NCBI GenBank assembly: GCA_039096225.1 | Contig: JBBPEB010000002.1 | Span: 558,001 to 622,000, forward strand | DNA length: 64,000 nucleotides | Source of the DNA: Blastocystis sp. Blastoise | Lineage: Eukaryota; Protista; Bigyra: Opalinata | Reading direction: 5' to 3' | Shown: positions 25,915 through 40,247 of the stretch, piece after piece | How positions within the stretch are numbered: position 1 is the stretch's first letter | Layout: each line of letters opens with the position of its first letter | Translations under genes and position numbers: made by a program | The notes under the pieces: model-generated | What the model was told of the DNA's origin: nothing | The model's input: the letters and a program-made list of their open reading frames with translations, nothing else | Databases searched by the model: none

Positions 25915-28729
25915 TGATTCTTTATACGAGAAGAAAGATGATAATATGAGTATACATGATTTATAATTGATTTATATTATTTATATATAGTTTTAGACAA
26001 GTCTCTTGATTGTAATACAGTGGATAGTAATACTACAGGTATTGTATTATAGATATTTAGAATATTTAAAAAAATGATGATTTCAGTCAAATCTATATAT
26101 AATATTATATGATATTATATAATATATATGTTTATATATATATATATTTATCTATCACTGTTTTAAATAGATGATGATAGAAATGTTAGTAATCACTCCA
26201 CTCAAACATTGAATGTTAAAAGTCAAGGTAAAGAAATATATATTGTTTTGTATATATTTTCTAATATTATTCTTATATTATAGAAACAAATAAAAAAACA
26301 ACAAATGATGCCATTATTGATATTGATTGTGAAGCAATCAATACGAAAGGTATAATAATGATATCATTAAATATGTTTCTACTTTTAAAATGTTGTATTT
26401 AATTATTATTAAATTTTTATTATATATAGAACCTGAAGTTGAATTAATAAAAAAAACTACCTTATCAAGTGGTATTTCAAATATAAAAAGTATTATATAT
26501 AATATTCTCTATTATCAACTTTCTTAGATACTTCTATTGATGATAACTTACATAAAGGTATTAACAATTCTATTCTTTATTCTACTCTTTCATTATATAT
26601 ATAAACTTATTGTATGTATATTTTTTTTTAACTATAAATTGTGATATTATTATTCATTCAGTTAAAAATATAATAATCAATATGTATTTCTCATTTTTTT
26701 AAAATTAATATATAAATATATCTTTTATCTTCTATTATTGTAATTAATCAATTCTATTAATAATTACTTTTGTATATAGAATGTAAACTTAAACCACTAA
26801 CGAATAAATCAAGTTCGTTCACTACATTAGCTACTTCGTCTTCTCCAAGTATTTTCTTTTTAGAATTTATATTATATATTTTTTCAATAGCTCCCACGTG
26901 CCTATACTCACAATCTATTAGCAAAGGTATTTAGATTTACATTTTCTTTATATGTCATTTTATATATATTATATATATTTTTATTATTTAATTATTATTT
27001 ATTAGCATCTCAAGAAAATCAAAATAGTGGCACAAACACCAATAGAAAATTTGAAAGCCCAAATTGTAAATATTTCTTATTATATCATGAATTTTCTTTA
27101 AATAAGTTTTATATATACATATTATTATATATACTCATAATTTTTATTATATCTTATATAATGAATCTCCGGTTAAATATGTGAATAAGAATGGTAATAA
27201 TCTTAATTGTTACAGTATTTATTTATTAAATATCTAATATTAGAATATATTATATATATTTTATATATACTAAATTTTTTCTTCATATGTAATTAAAATA
27301 TATTAGTAAAAATATATATATTTTGTCATTATAGAAAAACGTGATTGTGATTATAATAAAAAAGGAATATCTTCTTCATCTGATTCAGGATTTTTAAGTA
27401 TATTGATTGTTATTACTTTACTATTATAAATTATAAATATATGTATTATTATATGTGTAATGAAATATCAATGTTTGTATAATAATATTCATTTTCTATA
27501 TGATACTAACAATTTAATATGCTTATTTCATATATATTAGATTATATTATAAATTAATAAATTTCATATATTCATATATATTGTACCATAATATATAGGT
27601 ACAGAAGAATCAGTACATTTCTCTTCTTCTCCCAAAAGTCAATTCCGTAATAGTCAAACTGAAAATGGATTTGACAAAAAGACAAAGTATAATAAGGAAA
27701 CTAATGATAATGATCAGTGTATGGATGGAAAATATGGATCTAATCATAGGTTTAACATTGTTGCTAAAGGTATATTTATATATATATATATATATATATA
27801 TAGGATATAAAAATACTAATGCATCCATAATTTTTGATAAAAGTACTCTTTTATCTGTAAGTGGTCTTCATCAAAGTATATATATATTATATTGTATTCA
27901 TTTATTTTATATTATTCTTTCTATGTAGCTAAAGATATTATTGAAGAATATCTTCCTAATCTATTGGATGTAATATCTAAGACTTTTAGTATTGTAAGCT
28001 TAGGTATATAAATAACAACTTGTATATAATATCTATTATATATATATATATAGCAAATGGTAAGAATGATGTTGATACAGCTAAAACTGACATTCATTTT
28101 ATGAATAATAGTTCTGTTATTAGTCTTAGGGCAAATGAAGACAAGAAGCCAGAAGATAATAATAAAAATAGTATATACTTATTATGTTTTTTAATTATAT
28201 TTTATATAGTAACTAAACCTAAAAAGAGAAAATCAAAATTGGATAAATTATCAAAAATAATTAAACTACTCAATGATCAAGACTCTGATTCTTCTCTTGA
28301 ATCTGATAGTGGCAGTATATAATATATATAATAGTTATTAATTTATTATTTATTTATTCATTTATTTATTTATTTTATTTTATTCTATAATAAGAAACAA
28401 AATATTTTTATTCATTTGATACATATTTTATTACTTATTTATTCACTTATTTTGATTTTATGTTATAATAATAAACAAAAGATTTCTATTTATTTTATAC
28501 TTATTTGTAACAAATAATTGAATTTTGTTTTGTTTTAATATTAATATTCATCAGAAACAAATAATAAAATATGATAGTATTATTAAATACAAAATTCAAT
28601 AAAATTCTTTTTAATATAATATTTTTAATCACAGAAGAATAGTTTTTATATTATCAATTTTTTAAACAATACTAATATTTTATCAATATACTATTTATAT
28701 AAGCATCATTTACTACTCAATTTTTATAG

Positions 28730-31700
28730 GTTTTAAATTACATGATCAAAATGTGATATCACAAAAACAAATTTCAATTTCAAGATACCATACAAGTGAG
28801 AATAATGTTATTAAAGCGTCTGAAATAATATCCAGTAATGATGATATGATAGAAAATGCTACAAACAATAATAATAATACTAATATTATTATTAGTGATT
28901 AAATATCCATCGATTCTGATAAATTTGTTAATGATGCCATTGATAATAATTTTTACGATGAAATAAATGAAAACATTTCTAATAATATTTATCTTGAGGA
29001 TCAAAATTATTATCCTAATGATAATAATATCACTTTTAATCATGATTCTGATTCTATTCAGGATAATAGTCAAGTATCAGTTAATTATGATCAATTTGAA
29101 GTTGAATCACAGGATCCCATGAATTATAACAATTTTACAACTTCTAATAATAACGAGTTACAACAAGTTGAATTGAGTGACATTAATTCACAAACTAATT
29201 CTTTAGTTGATCATCCTGAACAAAATATAGGTAATATAACTTTTCATATGGAAGATATAGATATAAATGAAAATATACCAAATGAATCTAGAATAAATGA
29301 GACAGAAAATTATTTACTCAATGATGAAAATGAAGAATTTATTTCTGATAATTCAGAACAATTTCAAACAGTAAATAATACTATTAATGAAACACAACTT
29401 GACTATAATACTACTTCTCATTCTAATAATGATCAAATTATTAATGTTTTGCAAAATAATGATGTTAATCAGCATCATACTGACTCTTTTCTTAGCAATT
29501 CAGATTCTATTGAAGACAATATCCGTATATACTATTCTATTATAATTCTAATAAATAATATTGATATACATTTTTTTGTAGAAATAAACAACAATAGTCA
29601 ACAGACGATGATAAATATAACTATAGATCCATTACCAAATGTAATATGTTCATCAACACTTAGTATATAAATATAAGCAATTCATTTTACATTTAAATTT
29701 GAATTTTTATATAACATTTTGTTTACATCTTTAGGAAATTCATATCAAAAAATTAATGAAGAAGAAAATAAATACAAATATTATGATTTGGGTAAAATGA
29801 TATTTAAATGTTCATGTTGTAATGCTTTACATTTTGAACATGAAAGAAACAACTTTAAGTTTTCAACTAATTATGATACAACATTTTTTGAAGAACCTTC
29901 AAATTCATATAATGACACAATAAATAATACAACAATATATATGAAAAGAAGGAAACAATGGACACTTGACACAGAAGAGAATGTTTTATTAAAGAATAGT
30001 CAATATAGTGGTTGTTGTCGTAATGGAAAAGTTCATTTAGGTTCATTATCAGAACCAGATATATCGATTCAAAACTTATTGAATGATAATACAGATTCTT
30101 CAAAACAATTTAAAAAAGATATTCGTAGATATAATAATTCAATAGCTTTTGCTTCTATGTCATGTACTGATACACAAACAAGATTAGATAATAATGGAAT
30201 ATATTTCTATAAAGTACATGGAAATATATATCATTCTATGGCAGATTTATATCCTCCTGAAGGTATTACTCCTAATTATAATCAAATATATATTTATGAT
30301 CAAGAAGAAGCTTTTCAACTTCGATCAAATAATCAATATTATGATAATTTGAATACAGAAATAATGAGAGTATTACATAATTCATTATTAAATAATGAAT
30401 TAATGAATGCTTTTAAGACATTACATGAAGAAGTAACTACTGCTACAACTAATAATAATAATCTTCATATATCACAAGTAGATGTTTCATTAAAATTCAA
30501 AACATTACATTCAGATGATCAAAGAAGATATAATACTCCTTCTGCTTCTCATGAAATAGCACTTATAGTTCCTATTAATTCTATGGAAACATTTCCTCAT
30601 ACTGAATTTAGATGTTATCCAAGAATTCATCTTAATAATAATAATACAAATCATAATATGAATGAAGAAATAAGACAACATTTTACAAGAATGAAATATG
30701 ATAATCCATTTTGTGATCCTATGGTTTATCCTATTTTTTATCCAACAGGAATTCCATTATTTATTCTTGCATCTAAAAGTGAATTAAGAAGAAATCCTAA
30801 TTATATTCCAAGAAGAAATAATAATATAGAAATACATTCTCAAATCAATTCAAATACAATAGAAAATACTAATATTCAAGTAGAACAAATAGAAATAGTA
30901 GATATAATAATAGAAATCAATTATTAGATAATGAAGAAGATGAAATAGATAATGATGATAGAGAGTCTTCAAGACAAACTCATGATGATTTTTCAAAATC
31001 AATTACTTTATTAGCTAATTATCAACAATTTAATAATGAAGGATATCCTATAGATCTAATAGGAAATCCTGTATATGAGAAATCATCTTTTACTTTAAAG
31101 GATTTTTATTCTTTTCTTTGTTTTCCAAGATCATTTCCTAATAAGAATTATTTCTTATCAGGAGGAAAATTATTCTTACAATATATTGTAGATGCTTATT
31201 CTAAAATAGAAGAACAACGATTATCATTTATAGAAATGAATCAATCAAAATTAAGAGCAGAATCTTATAATGTATTACGACAATATAATCAAAGAAGAAG
31301 AGAACAAGTAATAGATGAAGAAGTAACAAATGGAATAGGAAAACCTATTATATTAAATAGTGGTTTTGTAGGAGGACCTAGATATATGAAAGGAGCTTAT
31401 TTAGATGCAATGACAATAGTAAGATATTATGGTAAACCAGATTATTTTATTACTTTTACATGTAATCCAAAATGGAAAGAAATAGTAGATAATTTATATC
31501 CTAATCAAGAAGCATGGGAAAGACCTGATTTGGTTTGTAGAGTATTTGCAATTAAATTGAAATATTTATATCATTTATTAAAAGATGAGAATGTATTTGG
31601 TAAAGCACAAGCTATTACTTATACTGTTGAATTTCAAAAGAGAGGATTACCTCATGCTCATATCTTATTGAATGTTGAACAACAAGATAAAATACATGAT

Positions 31701-34586
31701 ACTAATGAACTTGATTCTATTATATGTGCTTATCTTCCTGATGAAGAAAAGAATCCTAGATTATTTAAAATAGTAAGTACAATGAATATACATGGTCCTC
31801 ATGTATCTAATTCTCCATGTTTAGATTCTCATGGAATATGTAAGAAAGGATTTCCTAAACCATTTCAAGAATGTACTACAATTCCTAATGATTCTTATCC
31901 TTTATATTTTAGACCAAATGATGGAAGAAAAGTAGTATTTCATCGTACTAATGGTGATTTAGAAGCTACTAATGAATATGTTGTTCCATATAATCCATAT
32001 TTATCACTCAAATTAGAAGCACATATTAATGTTGAAGCAGTTTATAGTTTACATACAGTAAAATATCTATATAAATATACAACAAAAGGTCATGATTCAA
32101 TGAGAGCAGAATTATCAGCTTCTTCAAATGAAACAAATAATAATGAAGTTAAACAATATTTAGATGCAAGATATATATCATCAACTGAAGGAGTTTGGAG
32201 AATATTAGGATTTCCTATAGTACAATCAAATATAGCTGTTCAAATATTATTGATTCATGATGAGAATGATAAGAATATAGTATATACAGATGGTTCAGAA
32301 GAACAAGCAGAAGAAATACAAGGAAATAAATTATCTATGTTAGAAGCATATTTCAAAGCAAATGATGATTTAAATAATCATTTATATGTTCCTACTTTAG
32401 AAGAACCAGAGTTTATGACATATGATATGTTTCCTCAATATTATACATGGTGTAAAGGAGAACATATATGGAAACCAAGACAAAAGAATTCGAAGACACT
32501 TGGAAGAATACCTTATATAAATCCAACTAATAAAGAAGCATTTTGTTTAAAATTATTATTAACTCATGTAAATAGACCAACAAGTTTTGAATCATTAAGA
32601 ATGTATGATGGAGAATTACCTTATCCAACTTATGAAGGAGTATGTATAGCAAGAGGATTATTAGATGATACTAATGAATATAGACATATATTAGATGAAG
32701 TAATGTATGATTGTCATCCTTCTCAATTACGATTAGTATTTGCTTTATTATTTGTATATTATAATATTACTGATAAAGCAATGGATTTATGGAATGAATT
32801 TAAATATGAAATGATTTCTGATATATATTATCAATATACAATAGATCATTTTACTATAAATGAACGTATTAATCATTCTCTTTCAACTGATCCTGATATT
32901 ATTGATCAAGATCCTATTGTAATCAATTATTGTTATCCAAGAGCTTTATATAATATCAAAACATTAATAGAATCAAATGGAGGTAAATATACTAATATGC
33001 CTACTATTCAATATACTTCACATTTTAATCCTAATAGTGGTGTTTCTACATTAGAATTTTATGATTTTGATGTTGCACATAGAGAAGCAGAAAGAAATTA
33101 TCAAATATTAAATAGAGAACAAAAAGAAATATTTGATAGAATTATGGTATCTGTTAATAATACTCAACCTCATAATAATAATATGTTCTTTATTGATGGT
33201 CCTGGTGGAACTGGAAAAACATTCTTATATAATACTTTGATCAAGATGATTCGTACAAGAGAAAAACCTGTATTAGCTGTTGCATTCACAGGAATAACAG
33301 CTACTTTATTATCAGGAGGAAGTACTTCTCATTCTGTATTTGGATTACCACTTGATCTGAATGAAATGTCTATTTCACATATAACAAGAAGTAGTGCAAA
33401 AGCAAATGATTTAAGAAAAGCTGCTATTATTATTTGGGATGAAGCACCTATGGCTTCTATTTATGCTTTAGAAGTTCTTGATAATTTATTACATGATTTA
33501 TTTAGTTCAATAGATTCTGAAGATCCATGTCTTCAATATCCTTTTGTTGGTAAAACTATTGTTTTAGGTGGAGATTTTAGACAATATTTACCAGTAGTTA
33601 AAAATGGAAATGAATCATCTACTGTTGGTGTATGTTTGAAAAGATTTAAATATTGGAATAATTTTATACAATGTCATTTAGTTCAGAATATGAGAGCAGA
33701 TAGAGATGCTTTAGATTTTAAAGAATGGTTAATGAAAGTAGGAAATGGTGAACGATTAAATAATGAATCTGATTTGAATGATAATATTGTAGAAATACCT
33801 TCACAATGTATAAGTACAGAAAATTTATATAAAGAGATATGGGAGAATATACTTCATAATAGAAATATTTTATCAGAACAACATAGAAAAGATTTATCTG
33901 AGAATTGTATTTTATGTTGTACGAATGAAGATACTTTTGATATAAATGAGAAAGTATTAGATTTAATACCTTCTTCAGAATCAGAAAAAATATATTATAG
34001 TTTTGATACTTTAGAAGATGAAATAGTTAATGATTCTGAAAGAGCTGCTTATTCTCCTGAATTTCTTAATACTCTTCTTCCTCAAGGATTTCCTCCTCAT
34101 AAATTAAGACTAAGAAAAGGATGTATTATTATGTTATTGAGAAATCTTAATATAAAGAAAGGTTTATGTAATGGAACAAGATTAGTTGTTCTTGAAACAT
34201 TAAATAATGTTATTCGTGCTCAATTATTAAATAAGCCAGATAATTTATTACCTGGTGAAGATATTGTATTTATTCCAAGAATTAGTTTAATTACTTCTGA
34301 TGATTCACTTCCTACTAAGATGAGAAGAAAACAATTTCCTGTCAGATTAGCTTTTGCTATGGCTATTAATAAATCACAAGGTCAAATATTTAAAAATATT
34401 GGATTATATTTAAAGAGACCTGTATTTAGTCATGGTCAATTATATGTTGCTTTTAGTAGAGTTCGTTCTTTTAATGGTTTACATATTTATGCAGAAAATT
34501 GTAATAATAATCAAGGACATCTTAGTAAAGACTATCCTAATAAGGTATTTACGACTAATTGTATTTTTGATGGAGTTTTAAATTAG
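28730..34586 (+). pseudogene. Helitron RepHel transposase (Zn-finger-like region, HUH Rep, PIF1 helicase), disrupted
   Basis: Rep motifs FITFTCNP, VEFQKRGLPHAH, KYLYKY. Helicase motifs GPGGTGKT, WDEAPM, GDFRQ, NGTRL, HGQLYVAFSRV. ORFs 29719-30927 and 31236-34586 join through one frameshift near 30875 (the second frame reads GGKLFLQYIVDAYSKIEEQRL). Introns at about 29525-29581 and 29641-29734. In-frame TAA near 28900. Confidence 0.95.
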
Positions 34587-34821
34587 TTATCGTTTTATTT
34601 GTTTCTATTTTATTATTTTGTTTCTTTTATATTTGTTATTGTTTGCTTATAAATTTGTTTTCATTTATTATTTTTCTCTTTTCAATTTTCATTTGCTGTT
34701 CTTAAAAGTTAAATATGAAATATTCAGTTGTTTTGTTAAACTTAAAGAATAAAAACTAAAACTAAAAATTTAAAAATAAAACTCAAGCGTAGGCCTGCGT
34801 AGGCAGGCCGTGAAACGCTTG

Positions 34822-35400
34822 TTATCATTATTTAGGTTATTCTACGTATATAAGTTAATTTTAATTAATTAAAGTCACTTGGAAAAAAGGATTCTTGTTT
34901 AATTGTCTTTTTAAAGTTTAAAAATAGTTTATAGGTGTGGCGAAAAATGTTATGTATTTAAAATAAAATATATTAATAATTAATAACAAATATAAAGTAC
35001 ATCATAAAAAAAAATAAACTTAAAAGAAAAATTATAAAAATTATTTAATGAAAAAATATAAAAAGAAATTTTTACGTAGAAAAATGTAAAAAAAGAAGAA
35101 ATTTCTGAGAAAATGAAAAATAAATAGAAATTTTATGCACGAAAGATGTTTATTGGATAAAAATTCAAATTTTGAATTTTATCGCATTTTAGTGGCCGAG
35201 TCGGTTAGGAAATTTTTTGTGGGACCGTTTTAGGCCCTTAGACGTGAAATTTTTGAAAAATTTAAAAGCGCGTCATAATACATTTTTTATCTAGTATCTA
35301 AATCTATTATGAGTGTAGCATAGATATGTAACATAAAAATATAATAGGTCCATTTATATCAGTACAATTTCGTGATGGGTTATCACTTTTATATATAAGA
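34822..35400 (-). mobile_element. 5' half of the split family A-related Helitron
   Basis: Homologous to 9295-9950. Minus-strand start A|TCTTATATATAAAAGTGATAACCC. Confidence 0.7.
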
Positions 35401-35401
35401 T

Positions 35402-35853
35402 ATTATAATTGAAAGCTATTTAGATAGAATATATAAATGATCCAATACAATAAATATGATGAACAAAAAGAAAGAAAATACGTTATAAAAATTATGGTTT
35501 AGTCATTAATAACATAAAATTGTCAAAAATATTTCTTTCATTAAAAAAGATAAAAAAAATAAATATGAATTAATAAATAAGCATTCAAGAAAAAAAATTC
35601 AATCTTAGTCACTTGAAATAATAAAGAAAATTATTGCTTGCTCATATATTAATATCTTTCTTAAATGAATGCAACTTATATTAGATAAATTCACTTGAAA
35701 TGCTTCATTAATGAAACTATTATAAATCACAAAATGCTATTAAAAAGTTTTTTTACCTATGTACATAATGATATATATATTGAAAAAAGTATTTATATAA
35801 GTATAAAACTCTAAAAGATATGAACCATAGGCAAAGCCGATACCGCCCGCTAG
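35402..35853 (+). mobile_element. Diverged Helitron family A 3' tail
   Basis: Homologous to about 24050-24510. Decayed hairpin and CCCGCTAG|T. Confidence 0.75.
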
Positions 35854-35879
35854 TTTATAATAATGATAAAAAAGAAGAA

Positions 35880-37160
35880 AAGAAGGAACAAATATTAGAA
35901 GTTATAAACTGCTACTTTACTGCCCAACAAGATCGCTTTCATGTCATTTATCAATAAAAAGATTCAATTTACTTCGAAATAGAATAACATCAGTAATAGA
36001 AAGGATAAAGATAAAAAAAAGTTGTATAATACAATAATAGATTCTAATTTCATAGCTTCAATGTTATACCTTGAGTATGTCAGTACCCTATTCTATGAGT
36101 GCAATAAGTCAATGCAAGGCCAAAATAAATACATATTTGGATTAATTGATATTATAAAAGATTTATTTATTAAATTATCCTTGAGATTAGAAAGACTAAT
36201 ATGTGTCAATGATTATTCGTCATTTTCGAAGCTTAATGATATGTATCTACAGCCAATTATGATATAAATTCAATAATATTTTATATTAAAAATCATCTAA
36301 TTTCTCTTCGACATAATTTATTATATTATTTACCAGAAATACTCATATATATTAGTACTGATGAATCATATCTTCAAGATCTTAATGAATACTTAATTGA
36401 CCAAGAATATCAGCATAATATATCAAATAGATCTCATGAAGTAACCAATAACGTTAATAATAACACATTAATAATAGCAAACCAATTTAATATTTTTGGA
36501 ATATTACAAAGTTGTGTATCTTCAAATGGTGTCGTAAATGGTTTAATAACCTATATTAATAGTGTTAATCAGTATGTAATAGAAACTGAAGTAACAATTA
36601 GAATAGATCTTCCATATTTAGTATATGGATACTCTTTTGGAAATCTTTCAGGTTTTCTAAATAATTTTCCTAATAGTACTATTAAAGGCGAATACAATGG
36701 AATCATTAATAATATAAATATTCTTTAGGCTAATATAAATTGTGTCATAACTCTTTGAGAAATCATCAAATAAAATAGGTAATAGTAGTATTGAAGGAAG
36801 AGTACAAAAAAAAATAAAGAATAAGAAAATAATAACATCAAAAAGCCAAAGAATACACCAACAACTTATCTAATTAATCATTATTTATATTGGATTACTA
36901 ATCTATTTTCTAAAGTAGCTGATGAAAATCAAATGGAATTTCATTCTAAAGAAGAGTGTTTCTGTTTACATACTGATGAAATATATAGAGAAAAATTTAA
37001 TAAAGTATCAATTGATGAATTCTATATAAACCATAAATGTAGTTTTCCATTATTACATGGCATAGCCAAGAAATGTTTTCCACTTTCACCACTTCATATC
37101 TCTATGAGAGTGGTTTTAGTCATCTTGTCTATATATAAATAAATATAGAAACAGTAGTAA
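35880..37160 (+). pseudogene. hAT (Buster/Charlie-type) transposase relic
   Basis: YLEYVSTLFYECNKSMQG…IIKDLFIKL, then FPLLHGIAKK followed (after a frameshift) by FTTSYLYESGFSHLVYI..NKYRN, the typical Buster C-terminal motif. Confidence 0.7.
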
Positions 37161-37999
37161 CCCAACTACTCAAATGACAATTGCATTAACTTCTAATATC
37201 ATTCATTCCTCTTCACTTATAACTATTGTCTTAGACTTATATATATGCTACAATTACTATCATTCATGTATCATATAATTTATTGACTATCCTTAAATAT
37301 CTATAGCTAAACTTAAAAAAAGAAAGTCAATTCGTAATATCTAGCTACAAAATATCTAATCTAATCTAACTATTGATTGGTAATAACTATAATACAAATT
37401 TAATTTGTTTTTTTTTTATTATTTTTCAATTTATATATATTTAGTTTTTCTTATATATTAAATGTTTATATTTTAGATTATTATATTTTTGCTAAGATAT
37501 GCATTGCTTAAACTAACTCAAGATATAATGTTATCAGATAGAACTACCATTTATTTTTTTATACCTATATGATTATAGCAACAGCAAGTAGCTTTTTAAT
37601 TAGTGTAATTATTTGCTAATAATTCTTACATGTATTCCTATTGATTTTCAAATTATTTACTTTATTTAGGTACTATCATATTCAATTCAAATGAATATTT
37701 ATAAAATATTATAAGTTATATAATGAAAAATAAATATTACATTCTAATTCTTTATTCCATAAATACTGACTTCTCTAATATAATACTTTTAAAAAATATC
37801 CCATACTAATTAATAATATGATACAATCAAAAGTACTAATATGTAACATAATCATATAATATATTCTTCTTTAAATCAAAGAGTATAATCTAATTAAAGA
37901 AACTATAACATACTAATAGCAGAATATACGTTCACCCTTAATTCATCAATAGAAAGAATAAAATAATTATCATTTTATTTAATTGACTTGTAAACTAAA

Positions 38000-39960
38000 T
38001 ATCAAGTATTACTTGATAGCAATTGGTTCATAAAGATCATATATAATGCTTTCAAAATATATATTTAAAAAGATGATATTAGAATTTTGGTTCAAATAGA
38101 TGTAATAGTAAGACAAATATTCAATATGATGAGAACAAAATATATTGGATAAATATAAAGGATTATATTAGGAGTTATAAATATTCTGAAAGAATATTAC
38201 AATAGCAAGAGACAATATAGGAAATGAAGTAGATTTTATATTACAATAGTAATGAAATAAGTCTTATATTAAGATGTATGAAATAGTATAAAGACATGTA
38301 TACTCGAAGAATCTATTGGAAGAAAGCTTATTGACAAGGATTAATATTGAATAAATAAGAATATATGTGCGCATATATATTTATATATATATAGCATATT
38401 AAGAAGATAGTTTTAAGCTTGTATAATGAAACTTAGATTTAAGAAGAAGAAAAAAAGTATATATCAATTAAATTTAGAATTAGTAGTCATAAATGTGTGT
38501 AAAACTTATGACAGAAATTGCTTATAGCAAATGATAAACTTTATTGATATGAAGAAGAATCTATATTTGAATACAAAGATATATAAACTAATAAATAGAA
38601 ACGTAATCAAATAAACCATACCAACTAATAATAAAAGGCTCGTTTCTATAATATATTTTAACGACTACAAGTGTATGTGTAGTGTATTGTATATTAAGAG
38701 TTATACATTAAATAAGTAATTCAAATGAAATGCTGATAAAGAATGGAATCAATTGCTATGCATATAAACATATTTATTATGTATATGTGTACTTCAAGAC
38801 GAAAATAATAACTAAAATAATCGAATTGACAATAATTTTAAAAAAATTATATAGCTACCATAGTTACATTCACAACAACAAAGAAAATACGAATTGCATG
38901 CTATTTTATAATTTCAACATGCATATGTGATGTATATAAATTATAAGTAAAAAGAAATTGAGATGTTTTATATTAAATACATAGTGATACAAATAACAGA
39001 AGTATCAAAGATATATTGAGACATAAATTCTATTCAGTTAAGTAAATTTTTTTAAAGAATGAGTTAGTAATAAAAAATGATAAAGAATATCAGAAATAAT
39101 TAGATGTAGATAGTTTGACATTATAAAGAATAAATAAGAAGAAGAGAATGAAAATAGTAATCATCAATGAGAGTAGGGTAAAAATATATATTTAACGGAA
39201 CCAAAAAAGCAAAATGTTAGAATAAAAAATAAGAAAAGTATTTTTAGTGATATATAGATGATAGCAATTCTACAATGAAAACACAATCTTGACTCTAATT
39301 ACTAAAATCAAAAACAAGAAGCACAAAGAGAGAAATTGTTGGATAACTAAAAAGGAAAAGAACCAGATGAATTATAAAAAATGATAGTAAATAATTATAA
39401 CATATAAGAAGTCTCTTGTCAAATTTTGTAGCAAAGGAATATAGGAGGCTTTTGAAATAAATAAAAATCAAATAGGAAATAGAGATCATGAGGAAGTATA
39501 GAAATTAAAAAGACATGTAAAGAAATAGACTCATTTATAAATATATAGAATAGGAAGAAGACAAAAAAAAATTGAAAAATGATTAGAGAATTATATGAAG
39601 AATATATTTAATCGAAAGTTATAAATTAATTAATTCAGTATACTTTAAAATGGCAGAAACGTATGCAGACAATGAACTTATTACTAAAATGAAATAAGAT
39701 TCTATAGTAATACATAAAAGAAGAAATTTATAACTTCTAAAAGAAAAGAAAACATCATTAAAGATGATGTAATAAATAGAAACATGGAACAACTATTAAA
39801 AGAATTTAAGAACATAAAGAAAATCATCAAAGCATAACAATAGATAGAAACTAGATATAATAAAGAAAAGGATGTAAAAAATTGTATAAAACCAGAAACT
39901 CAATAATAAAAGAAAAAGAACATGTAGAAATGAAGTATAACAAAGAATGAAATAATAATT
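38000..39960 (+). pseudogene. Possible highly decayed non-LTR retrotransposon reverse transcriptase
   Basis: Purine-skewed broken frames with fragments in RT order: SKNLLEE, VVINVCKTYDR (cf. DxxKAYD), INCYAY (cf. YADD). Weak. Confidence 0.3.
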
Positions 39961-40247
39961 GAAAAACACTAGAAATCTCTTAATTACAATTCTCGTTACA
40001 CAACAGTTTCGCAACGAGATCTTCTTTCAATGTAATTTTGCAAACTTATTTTTTGTTTGAGGGAATCAAAATAAACACGATTAGTGACTGTTTTTGGTTT
40101 TTACAAAAAATAAATAAAATTTGCAAAAATATTTTAAAATTTTTTCAAGGTTTTCCTTGGTTTTTTAACATTTTCAACAAAACACAGACAACTGAAAACA
40201 AAAACGTTTACAAAAACAGTGACGTGAAAATTAAAATTTTCAAGGCA

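Larger units (their letters stand above)
19228..28322 (+). pseudogene. Multi-exon low-complexity cargo gene inside the giant Helitron, interrupted in an intron by 19979-25406
   Basis: Exon/intron series at about 19230-19910 and 25455-28320. The intron starting near 19909 rejoins across A19978|T25407. Confidence 0.5.
15244..34821 (+). mobile_element. Giant (~19.6 kb) RepHel-encoding Helitron with cargo and nested insertions
   Basis: The flanks rejoin as A15243|T34822 and match the uninterrupted copy near 9282-9310. 3' hairpin GGCCTGC-GTAG-GCAGGCC followed by CTTG. Confidence 0.7.
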
